A program made the translations under genes and the position numbers. The notes under the pieces were generated by a model, which made no database searches, was not told the DNA's origin, and worked only from the letters and a program-made list of their open reading frames with translations. 64,000 bases of DNA from Dipteris shenzhenensis (taxonomy: Eukaryota): the NCBI GenBank assembly GCA_047967505.1, contig CM106538.1; one strand, given 5' to 3'. Position 1 is the first letter of the stretch. Every line of letters starts with the position of its first letter. Below are positions 35,681 to 48,100 of this stretch, one piece after another.

Positions 35681-36689
35681 AGGTGGCTTTCGGATTTGCT
35701 CCTTACCTCCAAGCTCTTCCTGCCCATGCTCACATTGCTGTAGCATTCCATATAGCTTGAAGCACTTTGTTTGTCATCCATAGAGTCCTGTACGACTGTA
35801 TGAAACTGCAGTCATCCTATTCATGCAACGCCTTCTGTACCACTGTCACAAGTCTGCTATACAATCTCGCAGGTGTGACTGTTGCCGTACAGTGTCCATA
35901 CTCGCACATGAAAGTGCTGTACAAAGTACAACGTCGTACCACTATACTCTACCACAGTGCTCGTACTATGTCATACTCTGTCTGTACAACTCCAGTAATC
36001 TGTCTGTACAAATCCAATAATCTATCCATGCAATGCCTGTACGGCTCTGTGCAACTGTCTGTCAATCATCCATACAACTGTTCTGTTGGTGTAGCACCAA
36101 TCCATACATCCGTATGGTTGCCGTACTATGTTAGTTCCATACTGACAGTTCACTTTGCAGGATTACTTTATAGGTTTTCCTATGTAGGTACATTTTGTAG
36201 ACAACCATTGTTTGGCTTAGTTTTTGGGAGCACATTTAGGGCATCTTGTTTTTTGCAGGCATTACAGTCAGGTTGCAGAACCTACTCTAGAAATTTGGGC
36301 CTTTTTGGTTCTACTTACAATCTTGCAGACAAAGTTTGGGGCTTTTGCATGTAATTGCAAAATTTGGGATTTTGGTTGATTTGCCCCCTTTTCCAGGTGC
36401 ATTTCAGCCCTACACAATTAATTGGTCCTGGAACTTACTTGGAGTTTGGTCCCTACCATGTAGTGAGAGTGCTCTCAATGGAAGCAAGAATGGAAGAAGG
36501 AGAGAGAGAGACAGAGAGCCACACAAGTTTTGGTGGGTGCAGAACCACCACCCTAATCTTCTTTTTCATTCATTTATATATGTGTTTGAGTATTGTACAT
36601 AACTGGGGTTAAGGCACAGTGACCTTTAACCCCACAACCTCCCACTTAAAGGACAATGTGCCTTTAAGGGAGAACAACTAGTGAGCATA

Positions 36690-39600
36690 CTATCCAATGC
36701 CCATCAATACACGACAATACTCAAACCGCTGACTAGGTAGACTCTTCGTCAGCATATCTGCAGGGTTATCATCTGTATGAACCTTGACAAGCTCTATGCG
36801 CTTGTCCTCAAGTACCTCCCTGATGAAATGGTACCTGACCTCAATGTGTTTGGTCTTTGCATGAAAGACCAGATTCTGTGCTAGCTGAATAGCACTCATG
36901 GAATCACTATGCAATGTCGGTACACCTGTATGAATCCGCAAATCCTCAGGGGGGTCACTATGTATAAACCCTCTATACCACGTGCGTTCAAGGCCTATTT
37001 CTAAAATCCCTTATCTGTAAATTTTTCATTTAATAAAATGTACCCCTTTTCTATACAAATCTGTAAATTTTTTCCAAAACTATTTTAAATAGTCCCTTAT
37101 GTATATTTATTTCTGTAAATTTTAGAAGTAAAAAATATCCTTCTGTTGAACTCACGTGATAGGATTACATATGATGAGTGACCCCCCCGAGCGCAAATCT
37201 CCCACTAGCCGATCAAGCCATATAGCCTCGTTGCAACCCTTTGTGGCTGCAACATACTCAGCCTCTGTGGTAGACAAAGCAATGCACTTCTGTGCACGAG
37301 ACATCCATGACACTGCACCACCTGCAAAGGTGAACACATAACCAGAAGTGGATCTCCTACTATCCACATGCCCTGCATAGTCTGAATCTGTGTACCCAAG
37401 TACATGCATGTCTCCTTTACCAAAGCAAATGCACATCTCCTTGGTACCCTTCATGTACCTCATGATGCACTTAACTGCCTCCCAATGCCTCTTTCCTGGA
37501 TTAGCCATATACCGGCTAACAACTCCCACTGCAAATGCAATGTCTGGTCTAGTAGCTATCATAGCATACATAAGACTCCCAACTGCTGATGCATAAGGAA
37601 CCTTGGCCATCATGGCCCTCTCCTCATCTGATTTGGGACTATCTGTATGACTCAGTTTCACATATGGAGGCAATGGAGTACTCACTACCTTCCCCCCCTC
37701 CATATTGAAACGCTATAATACTTTTGTAACATACTCTTTTTGTGAAAGCCAAAGGAGTTTCCTACTCTGATCACGCGTGATGTGCATACCAAGAATATGA
37801 CCTGCAAGTCCCAAATCCTTCATATCAAAGGCCTCATGCAACTTGGCCTTTAAAGCATCTAGCTCATAAGTATTCTTGCTAGCCAATAGCATATCATCCA
37901 CATATAGTGCTAAGATTATCAGGCTATTATCCTTAGCTCTTTTAGTGTAGAGGCAGTGATCAATTTCACTCCTTCTAAAACCTTGGGACCGAATGAAAGC
38001 ATCAAACTTCTGATACCATTCTCTAGGTGCTTGCTTAAGACCATAGAGACTCTTCTTCAGTTTGCAAATTAAATGCTCTTTGCCCTTTTCTTCAAATCCT
38101 TCCGGCTGCACCATGTAAATTTCCTCATGCAAATCCCCATGCAAGAAAGCTGTTTTGACATCCATTTGCATAAGCTCCATATCCTCTGATGCCACTAGTC
38201 CAAGCATGCATCTAAGTGTGGTCATCTTCACAACCGGAGAGAATATCTCATCAAAGTCCACACCCTTCTCTTGCTTGAACCCTTTAGCAACCAAACGGGC
38301 CTTGTACCAAGGCACATCATCACCTGTGACCTTCATTTTGTAGACCCATTTACATGGCAATGCTTTCTTTCCATGTGGCAAAGAAACCAAGTCCCAAGTC
38401 TTATTCTTCATAAGTGAACTCATCTCTGATTGCATAGCATACTCCCACTTGCATTGATCCTCACGCATCATAGCCTCTTTGTAGCAAGAAGGCTCCCCGC
38501 AATCAGTAAGCATCACATAGTCTACCCCTGGAACAAACCTATCAAGCGGTCTAGACACTCTAGATGATCTTCTCAATGGCATTTCAGCTTGCTTTCCCAC
38601 CTGCATATCAGCCACATTTGGCTCATCATTTCCACCAATAGATGATCCATCATCTACCCTTGATTGTATATTTGTGGGAGTACTTGGTGGTACCATTTCT
38701 TGCACATTTGGTGCATGGACAGCTTGCTGTCTATCAACATATGCAGGTGGATTCACATCCTGGAAAGTGATTCTCCTCATTTCCACATCCCTCATGGGTG
38801 CCTTATGCATCTTCTTCTCATTGAAGACCACATCATGGCTGCGTATGATATTCTTTGTTTCTAGATCCCAGAGACGATAGCCCATCTCTCCACTTTCACC
38901 ATAACCCAGAAAGATGCATTTCCTAGACTTAGGATCTAGCTTCTTTCGAAGCTCTTTTGGCACATGTGCATATGCCTCACACCCAAATATGTGCAAATGA
39001 GAGTAAGAGGGCTTCTTGCCACTCCATGCGTCTTCAGGAATACCACCATCCAAACTCTTACTAGGTGATCTATTGATCACATGCACTACAGTCTTCATTG
39101 CCTCAGCCCAAAAACCACCAGAAAGGCTTGCATTGGAAAGCATGCATTGCAACCTTTCTTGAATGGTACGATTCATCTTTTCTGCAACTGGATTTTGCTC
39201 TGGAGTACGAGGGGATGTAAGCTCCCTCTTAATCCCACGAGTATCACAGAAATGCTGAAAGTCATGAGAGAGACACTCTCCACCATTGTCAGTCCGTAGG
39301 CATTTAAGCGTTCTACCTGAGTGATTCTCCAGCCATTTCTGAAATACCTGGAACACATCACTCTTCCGAGCTATAGCATAAGCCCACACTTTCCTAGTTG
39401 CATCATCAATGAATGTCACATAGTATTCAGCCCCGCCTAATGACCGTGTAGGCATGGGACCACATACGTCTGAATGCACCAAATCAAGCATTTCAAACTC
39501 TTTCTTTCCCCTTCTTTTATGGGCTGATTTAGTCTGCTTCCCATAGAGACAGTGCTCACAAAATTCGAAATCAGAGAAACTCAAATGCGGTACATAACCC

Positions 39601-41000
39601 AAACGGCATAAGAGTTTCATTCCATTCTGGCTCATGTGCCCCAACCTGCAATGCCACAAAGAAGTGCTTGGCTGCTCGGTTATTGCAACAACATGATCAA
39701 ATACCCCTGATACATGTAAGGGATACAAAGTCCCACACTTGGCACCCCTGGCCAAAAGCATAGAGCCCTTCTGAATTTTCCAACTCTGAAAGCCAAAAGT
39801 GGTGTGAAAACGAGCATCATCTAGCTGACCCACTGAAAGAAGACTCTTGGTCAGCTTAGGCACATGTCTCACATGTTTCAAAACAAATGCAGACCCATTT
39901 GCAAAAGAAAACTTTATGTCACCTGCTCCCACTATGTCACATGCATAGTCATTTCCAAGATGCACACAACCTGTCTTTCCACTGTCATAAGTGGAGAACC
40001 ATTCCCTATGGGGAGTAACATGGAATGAAGCACCAGAATCCAAAATCCAATCCTGGGAATATGCATCATCTAAAGTGGTAAGCAACTCTGCAGATAAACT
40101 AGACATGAAGAGAACATCATTGTCACTATCACGTGTGACTGCATTGATCTCCTCGATCTTCACTTTTCCTTTGTCCTCCCTTGGACTCTCTTCCTTTTGA
40201 TTTGCACCCCAATTTGCATTCTTTTTCTTATCCTTTTGCTCTCTTTTCAGCTTGTAGCAATCCTTTTTCATATTGCCCTTCTTGCCACAGTGGTAACACT
40301 CAATGTTCCGTGCCCTGGATTTGCTATGAGACTTCCCTCTTTCTTGGGACTTCCCCCTAAACTGTGATCTGCCCCTTTGCACATTTAAGGCTGCATCCTG
40401 CTTGTTGCCATCCATAGACTTCCGTCTAATCTCCTCAACCAACAAGCTACCCATAACATCATCAAATTTCAGTACTCCACCAAGTGCAGAGTTACTGACA
40501 GCTATACGGAAGGTATCCCATGAGGATGGCAATGAACATAAGAGAAATATTGCCTTAGTCTCCGCATCAAAATTCATTTTCTGAGCCTGAAGCTGGCTAA
40601 AAATAATATTGAATTCATTCAAGTGAGAAGCAATGGAGACCCCTTCCTTCATCTGCAGCTCAAACAACCTCTTCATGAGGTAAACTTTATTAGAGGCAGT
40701 TTCCTTCTCATAAGTGGCACACAGTTTCTTCCACAAATCTTCCGTAGTCTGCTCATTTACTACTGTGAAATAAACTGACTCTGCAAGATGAAGTCTAATA
40801 GTAGACTTTGCTAATGCATCCAACTCATTCCAATCATCCTCAGACATATTTGCAGGCTTAGCTTCAATCCCTGCCAAGGGTTTAATCTGCTTCTTTTGAA
40901 TAAGCACATCCCTTATCTATTCTTTCCACAAAGAAAAGTTTGTCCCATCAAACTTTTTAATGCTGAAAAACTCCTTTTCAGACATGGAAGAGGATGCCAT
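36690..41000 (-). pseudogene. gag-pol polyprotein of copia B; two in-frame TAG stops (~40917, 37713) and a MITE insertion in RNase H
   Basis: Starts MASSSMSEKEFFSIKKFDGTNFSLWK. The 1064-aa ORF has a knuckle-like CYHCGKKGNMKKDC, WILDSGASFH, VHSDVCGP and LYVDDML. RH motifs YTDSDYAG and FHAKTKHIEVRYHFIRE follow. Confidence 0.93.
36945..37191. mobile_element. 247-bp MITE with 15-bp TIRs and 8-bp TSD (hAT-type)
   Basis: TIRs CTCAGGGGGGTCACT / AGTGACCCCCCCGAG (1 mismatch). TSD CGCAAATC at 36937-36944 and 37192-37199. The paralogous B copy at ~6590 shows the empty site. Confidence 0.92.
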
Positions 41001-43679
41001 GATGCAAATAAATCAAAATCCCAAATGCTAGTGCCTACAAGAGAGAATCACACCAAATACTAGGTGCACCCAAATGTGTATGCCACAATAGAGTGAAATA
41101 TCACCAAAACTCAAAGCTCAAAGCATCAAAAGATGCATCTGACTCATGTGCATATACTATGCATCCATATGAGCAAATCTGGCCCAAAAGGAAATGCCAA
41201 TAAGTGCCACAAATGACTCAAGCATAAACACCGTCCACTGGCATATGCATCAATAATATCTCATCCAAGAGAGCATAGCACTATCAATGCATCACCAGCA
41301 ATGTGTCAAAGCTGTCCCTCAGCATAAAATAGCATCCATGTGCAAAGCGTCCATAAAAAATAGCATCCCACAAGGCAATTTGGGCCTATCAGCGCATCCA
41401 ACAAGGACCGCAATGCATCCAAATGGCCTATAAATCATCCATTGCAACCCAATGCATACCACGAATGAGCGCACACTGCTCAAACTGCAACCAGAGTGAT
41501 CTACATAAGGTATGCTCAAGAAATCATAGTCCCACGGTAATGAGCGCTACTGAAAATAGAACCTGAGATGCTTCAAAACATGGGCGCCATTGCATAATCG
41601 GAATCAGCAAGAAAATTTGCAAATATCTCTCTTCTGCCAGAACTCCAAAATCCCAACCGATGAGTGAGAAATGGGAGTCAACACTTATCCACTGCCATGT
41701 GGCATAAATCTAAGGTTTCAAAACCTTAGAATGAAAAATGCATAACAGACAGACGAAATCGAATACACAGAGATCTATAACTCTGAAAATCCTTCACCGA
41801 ATCACGCAAGAACTGATAGGTAGGGGTTTTTGGGCGTCTGGAACGCAATGGGACAGATGGTTTTCGAAACCGTGGTCTTAATCACTGGGTCCAACACACG
41901 GACTGAAAAACGTTTTTGGAAACAGAGCTATCTGTAAACTCCACCAGAGTGCGAATGATGAGCAACATAGAAGTTTTAGACCTCTTGAGTCCACCGGAAC
42001 TGACAGATCTGCAAATGGTTGCTCCAAACTTGAGTTCCAACACCCGGGCAAAAAACGCAGGAACTGACACAATGAGTCAGAAATCCACTGAAATGATCCC
42101 AGATTCAAGAATGAAGGTGTTTCCAAGCTCCTGAAGTGAAATGGACACCAAAAGCAAGCAATAGTTGCCTCTACAAGTCAATACGGAGTCTCTGTCATCG
42201 AACGAAACAGGGAAAAGCTCAAAAAACGACTTTTTCTTTGAAAGCTCTTAACAGGCTCTCAAAACCACTTCGCAAAGCCAAAGTGACTTTTCCAAAGGTT
42301 CCTCCAAGGTCTCTGCATACTCGGATGCAAGTAAAGTCACCCACAAAGCTTCCCACAGAGCTTCTCCTTCCTCCCACAGAGCTGCTGAGCTTCCAAGCAT
42401 TCATGCACGCTCAGCTAGATCACCCGGGCTCTGATACCAGTTGAGAGTGCTCTCAACGGAAGCAAGAACGGAAGAAGGAGAGAGAGAGATAGAGAGCCAC
42501 ACAAGTTTTGGTGGGTGCAAAACCACCCTAATCTTCTTTTTCATTCATTTATATATGTGTTTGAGTATTGTACATAACTGGGGTTAAGGCACAGTGACCT
42601 TTAACCCCACGTGTAGAGAGCTTATGTGAACACTCCCTCCATGGATTGGCAATAGGGGCTTATTATTGGAAAGAAATATCCTCTAAAAGTCTATGGAATT
42701 GTTCATAAGATGCAAACCCACATTATGGATAAGGAATCTCCAAATTTGACCTTCTAGCATTCCATGTCAAAGTCATAGGACTGTATCAAAGCCAACGGAC
42801 TCTTTTCTTTCATGCACTCTTGATGTAGTGAGTTCATGAAGAGTAAGTGAATATTTCTCTTACACAATCTATCTAATCCTTGGGCACCTTGACAAAGTAA
42901 ATCTATCAAGGTAGTGTATTTTGAACTCCAAAAAAAAAACATTTCACTATCATGGGACATATCTAGCATGCCTAGCAATACCTTATCCCTCAAAAAAATG
43001 CATATGGCATACATACAAAATAATTTGTATGATTTATAGCCTAGATATACTTGTAACCTAGAAAAAAAGCCGGAGATATTGAGTTTGGAAGATATTCATA
43101 GCCCAGAAGCAAAGCCTAATATATTTTGCATCAATGCTGATGGCATAGCAGCAAAGATTGAGATATTTAGCCTTGAGATATTCATATCCTAGAAGAGGAA
43201 AAGCTTGAGATTTTCATATAGTTGTGTAATTGTGGAGAATAATTTATATCTTGGATATATTAATAGCCTAGAAGCACAGCTTGAGATATTCAACCTAGAA
43301 GAGAGTAAGGTAGGGAAGAGGGTGTAGTAGGGGAGAGAGGTATAGCAAGCTTGCTAGAAAGCAACCTCTAGAGAGTAACCAAAGTGAGATTCATCTTGGA
43401 AGAGAGGCTTAGCGAGGAAGAGAGGGGTAATAGAGAGAGAGGTAGCCTAGGTAACAAGATAATAACAGGATAGAGAGGTGTAGCAAGGAGAGATGAAAAC
43501 CTTGAAAAGGGCAAGGTAGCCTAGAAGCCAACCAAGGCATCCTCGAAGAGAGGTGTAGCAAGGAAGTTAAATAGAGAAGATCAAACTCCAAGTGAAGGAC
43601 TAGGGCCACCTTTCAAATGTACAATTTTCATTGCTAGTGACATTCACAGTGGGAGTGTGTTCATGGATGGACAAAAAAA

Positions 43680-44620
43680 AACTGATAGATCCTATGATAC
43701 CATGTGCATGGTGCTTGCTTCAAACCATAAAATGTTTTCTTTAGCTAACATATCTCGTGCTATTGTGCTAAATTTTCTTCAAAACCTTGGGGTTGCTACA
43801 TAGAAAACCTCTTCTTTGAGATCCCCACTCAAAGTAGGTAGCTTTCACATCCATGTGAAAAGCTAGCCATCCCCATAAGATGCAACTGAGGAATTGATAA
43901 AATGGATTGTACTCATAAAGCCAAGGTTCCTTCATGATCAATCCCTTCTTCCTATGTATACACAATCGAAAGAGTTTCTCCATTGCCCCATCTAAATGGT
44001 CTTTAACCATGTATGTCCATTTAGTGCCAACATAATTTTCCCCATGGGTGGATCAACCTAATCCCCACTCAGTAGGCTCCAAGGATTCCCACCATTTTGG
44101 ATATTCCATCCATCTTGTCAACTATAATATCCATCGCAACGTGCATCAAAGCATGATTGACCTTAGTATTGGCTTTCTTACTAGCTTCCCTTGTCCTTTC
44201 CAAAGAAGGTTGTCCCTTCATCTTTTGAAGAGTCAGCCTGGCCCACCTTGGTTGTTGTTATGCATACACAATGAGTTGTAAAACAAGTAGTGGATGCCCA
44301 TCCTCAATAATTGGCTACACATCTGAAATATCTCAAGTAAGAGAGCCTATGTCAACATGTCACTACTCATTGGGATCAAATTCAATCCCATCCAAGGCGA
44401 AGGCAAACGGGCTGCATGATCTTATTTTGGTTGAAGGAAATGTGTATTGATGATTATGCAATTCGGAGTGGGATTCCGAAGTCTAAAACCCTTACTCTCA
44501 CCAGTCTATACAAAAAATATGTATTTAATCCCCATGTCATCAAGCTTTGATCTTTTGTTTTAGGGAGCCAAAGCACCCAAAAAAAGTCTCAAAGTAAACT
44601 ATATCCACCCCCTATGAGGG
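43680..44620 (-). pseudogene. Highly decayed copia IN/RT relic
   Basis: Fragments KLDDMGIKYIF...GESKGFRL and GWLAFHMDVK are recognisable, with many lesions. Confidence 0.65.
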
Positions 44621-45178
44621 CAATTGTTGGTCATCTATGTAGCCATAGTTACAAGTTAAGTTTCCAAGCATTGTTGGTCATCTATGTAGCCATAGTTACA
44701 AGTTAAGTTTCAAAGAGTCGGTAACAATAAATACCTTCATCTTCCATCATGGCTTTCAAGGGTATCTCCAAGTAAACTTAGCCTACCTAATTAATTTCGT
44801 CCTAGTATGTACTTGGATCTTGATCCTCGTCTAAAATTCTACCACTCTCAATTGCTCATCTTTCTCTTCTAGTTGCAGCATCCTCCATTTCATGGAACAC
44901 TCACATGTGAGTCCCTTTGTGCATCCTACCTAGTTTGCATCCATGGTGAAGGATAAAAATATGTTACCACAAATTATTGCAATAGGCGGAAACTACTTTC
45001 CAATGGTGTGCTTCCTCACACTCCTTCGGTGAAGAAGCTTCATGGCATGCTAGAAACATATTTCACAAGGTTTTACTCATTAATTATATATGATTGAAGT
45101 GACATGATGTAAAGCCTTGTACTTTTTGTATTATCTTCATGCATGGCCATTGGCAGTGATATCCAATCATCAAATCTA

Positions 45179-48100
45179 TGTTGAGATATCGAGCTCCACT
45201 CGGGATATGCCAGGGTGACCGTTGTGTATTTATGTCACCGACTTGTTAGCTGGAGATGCGGTTGGTACACCGCCCACGAATAATAGCTGGATGACAGCTA
45301 TCCTTATCTACTCTAGTTTGTGGCTCAGTTAGTATGCCACCTTAGTTAGTTGAGTTTGGTTTGAGACCCACATATAGGGTTCTTCTATTTCTTTGTACGA
45401 GAGTTCTTTTGGCTTACACAACTAAGAAGAGGAAAACTGTTTTCAACCTCCACCTTTGTGTACTCTCCCATTGTGCATGTGAGAAAGCCGCAAGTGAGTC
45501 TCCTTCCCTCTCTCCCACTATCTTCACATGGTATCAGAGCCTTGTTCGTGGTAAGGAGCTCAAGAAAGCAAGCCAAGTTCGTGGTGTCCTGGTAAGAGGA
45601 CCAGTGTTGCTTTCCTATTTCGAGTTTGGGAGCAAATCTCTGCAGGTAGCACAGCCAGAAGTGCAAGAGTGCACTGTTTCAGATTGAGACGCCCTTCGCG
45701 GTGTGGCGAGAGCGTAGTATATGCTGCGGGCAAGGGCGAAGCCCTTAGTGACTTTATTTTTCTGATTTGAGGCCATTTCGGGGCTCGTTTTGAAGGTGGA
45801 AGTTCTTCGTAGGCACTCAGAAAAAGGCCCTGTTTTTGGCTGTGCAACCACTGCGCGGCTAGTCGGTGGAAAGTTGTCACAGAAATTGCATCGTATGCCT
45901 GTGTGCAGAGATATTGGGAGTTGCAGATTCATGCTTGTTGCCTGTTGATGCAAAATTGTCACTAGGAAGTGATTGTGTGGTGAAATACCACTTTCGTCAG
46001 TTTTGTAGATCTGCCCGTGTGAGGCAAAAGCTGTGTTTTTTGCAGTGACAGAATATTTTGCAGTGTTCTGTAATGGCATCTGATTCTCTTTCACAGATTG
46101 TCACTGAAAAGCTTGACAAGAACAACTTCCAGGCATGGAAGTTTAGAATGACGAATTTCTTGATGGGAAAAGGCTATTGGGAATTCATTACAGGAAATGA
46201 AGAAGAACCTGTTCTTCCTAATGTTCCCAGTCAACAGGAAATGCAGGCATTCAAAGGATGGCATGAGAGAGCCAGGAAAGTTATGTACTGGCTGTCTATC
46301 AGTATTTCGGACTCCATGATTGTGCATATTCAGGATGCAAATACGCTAAAGGAGGCATGGGATACTTTGGCAAAAATGTACAGCACAAATACGCAAGCCA
46401 GGAAAATGCAACTCAAACAGGAGTTGCACAATGTGCAGAGAGAAAATTTGAGCATAAATGACTACCACATGAAAGTGAAGAAAATTGCAGATGCACTTGC
46501 TTCCATTGGGTCGCCAGTGGATGATGACGATTTGGTCTCTGTGACCTTGAATGGTCTAGGAAAGGATTATGCACAGTTCCGGACATCCATTGCCGTCCGT
46601 GAAAAATTTCCTGATTTTGAGGAGTTGATTGCTCTTCTAGAGGCAGGGGGAGCCAAAGAGGCCGTGGTGGATGGCAGAGAAGCCAAAATGCAAACAGCAA
46701 TGTTGAATGCTACTATTGTGGCAAAACGGGTCATATGGCTAAGGACTGCTACAAAAAGCAGGATGACATTATGAATGGAAAATTGCAGCAAGGCAATTAT
46801 GCATCTTCTAGCAGGCAGGGTGATGATAGAAATGAGCATCTATTTATGGTGCAGCATATGACCAATTCTGTGACAAGTGCAGAAGAACAAAATGATGTGT
46901 GGTATGTTGACTCAGGTGCGTCAAACCACATGACAGGTCATGCAGAATGGATGCAAGATACAAGGAAAATGGAGAAACCAGGATTTCTGGAGACTGGTGA
47001 CGATACTACACATCCTATTGTGCAGATTGGCGAAATTCCTTTGTCTATGCAGGATGGGAAAAAGAAATACTTGTCTGATGTATTTCATGTCCCGAACATC
47101 ACCAAGAACCTGGTTTCTATTGGTCAGATGGTTGAGCAGGGCTTGCAGGTCAGATTTAATCCTCATGGATGCTTTGTTGAGGATATGAAAAATAATGGTC
47201 GCTTGATAGCAAAAGGAAAGAAGAAGGGCAGGATGTTTACGTTGGATGCGGACATGCCTGAATTGAGTGCAGCAATGTTTGCACATGGGACCGGTGTAGT
47301 TGCAGATATTGATATCTGGCACAAACGCATTGGTCATGTTAATATACAGCGACTTAAATCAATGCAAGCCCAAAATATTGTTGCAGGATTTCCAAAATTC
47401 AAGGTTGCAGAAATGCACAAGGTTTGTGAAGCCTGTCAATTTGGGAAACAGGCAAGGAAACCTTTTCCTAGGCATGTTCAAGAGAGTAAAAAGCCATTGG
47501 AATTAATCCACTCTGATGTGTGGACTACAAAAGCTACATCTATTGGAGGCTGTCACTATTTTGTCACATTTATTGATGACTTCAGCAGAAAACTGTGGGT
47601 GTATTTTATGAAAAAGAAAAGTGAAGTGTTTGGGCACGTCAAAGCTTTCAAAGCTATGGTTGAAAAAGAAACAGGCCTGCAAATAAAATGCCTAAGGTCA
47701 CATGGAGGGAGAGAGTACCTCTCAAATGAGTTTGCAAGGTTCTTGCAGGAGCATGGCATAAAGCAGCAATATTCATGCAGTCATACCCCACAGCAAAATG
47801 GAATTGCAGAAAGAAAAAACAGGCATATTGGAGAGGTATCTCGGGCTATGCTAAATGAAAAAGATCTACCAGATTATTATTGGGCTGAAGCAGTTGCTAC
47901 AGCAGTCTATATAATGAATAGGACTCCCACTGCAGCAATACATGGCATGATGCCAGAGGAGATGTATACTGGTAGGAAACCAGATATTTCTCATTTGAAG
48001 ATTTTTGGTTGCATTGCCTATGTCCATGTGCCAGATGAGTTGAGGTCCAAGTTGGATCCAAAAGCTGAGAAGTGCGTCTTTATTGGTTATTCTCTGCAGC

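Larger units (their letters stand above)
36464..42611 (-). mobile_element. Full-length Ty1/copia family B element (Tnt1/Tork-like); ~170-bp LTRs 42442-42611 (5') and 36464-36636 (3'); TSD TGTAG
   Basis: LTR pair, PBS at 42428-42439, PPT adjacent to 36637, and TGTAG at 36459-36463 and 42612-42616. The 5' leader is ~1.4 kb. Confidence 0.95.

Noticed and set aside
35767-36354. 195-aa ORF
   Set aside because: Low-complexity translation of the CTGTAC-rich leader with a non-ATG start.
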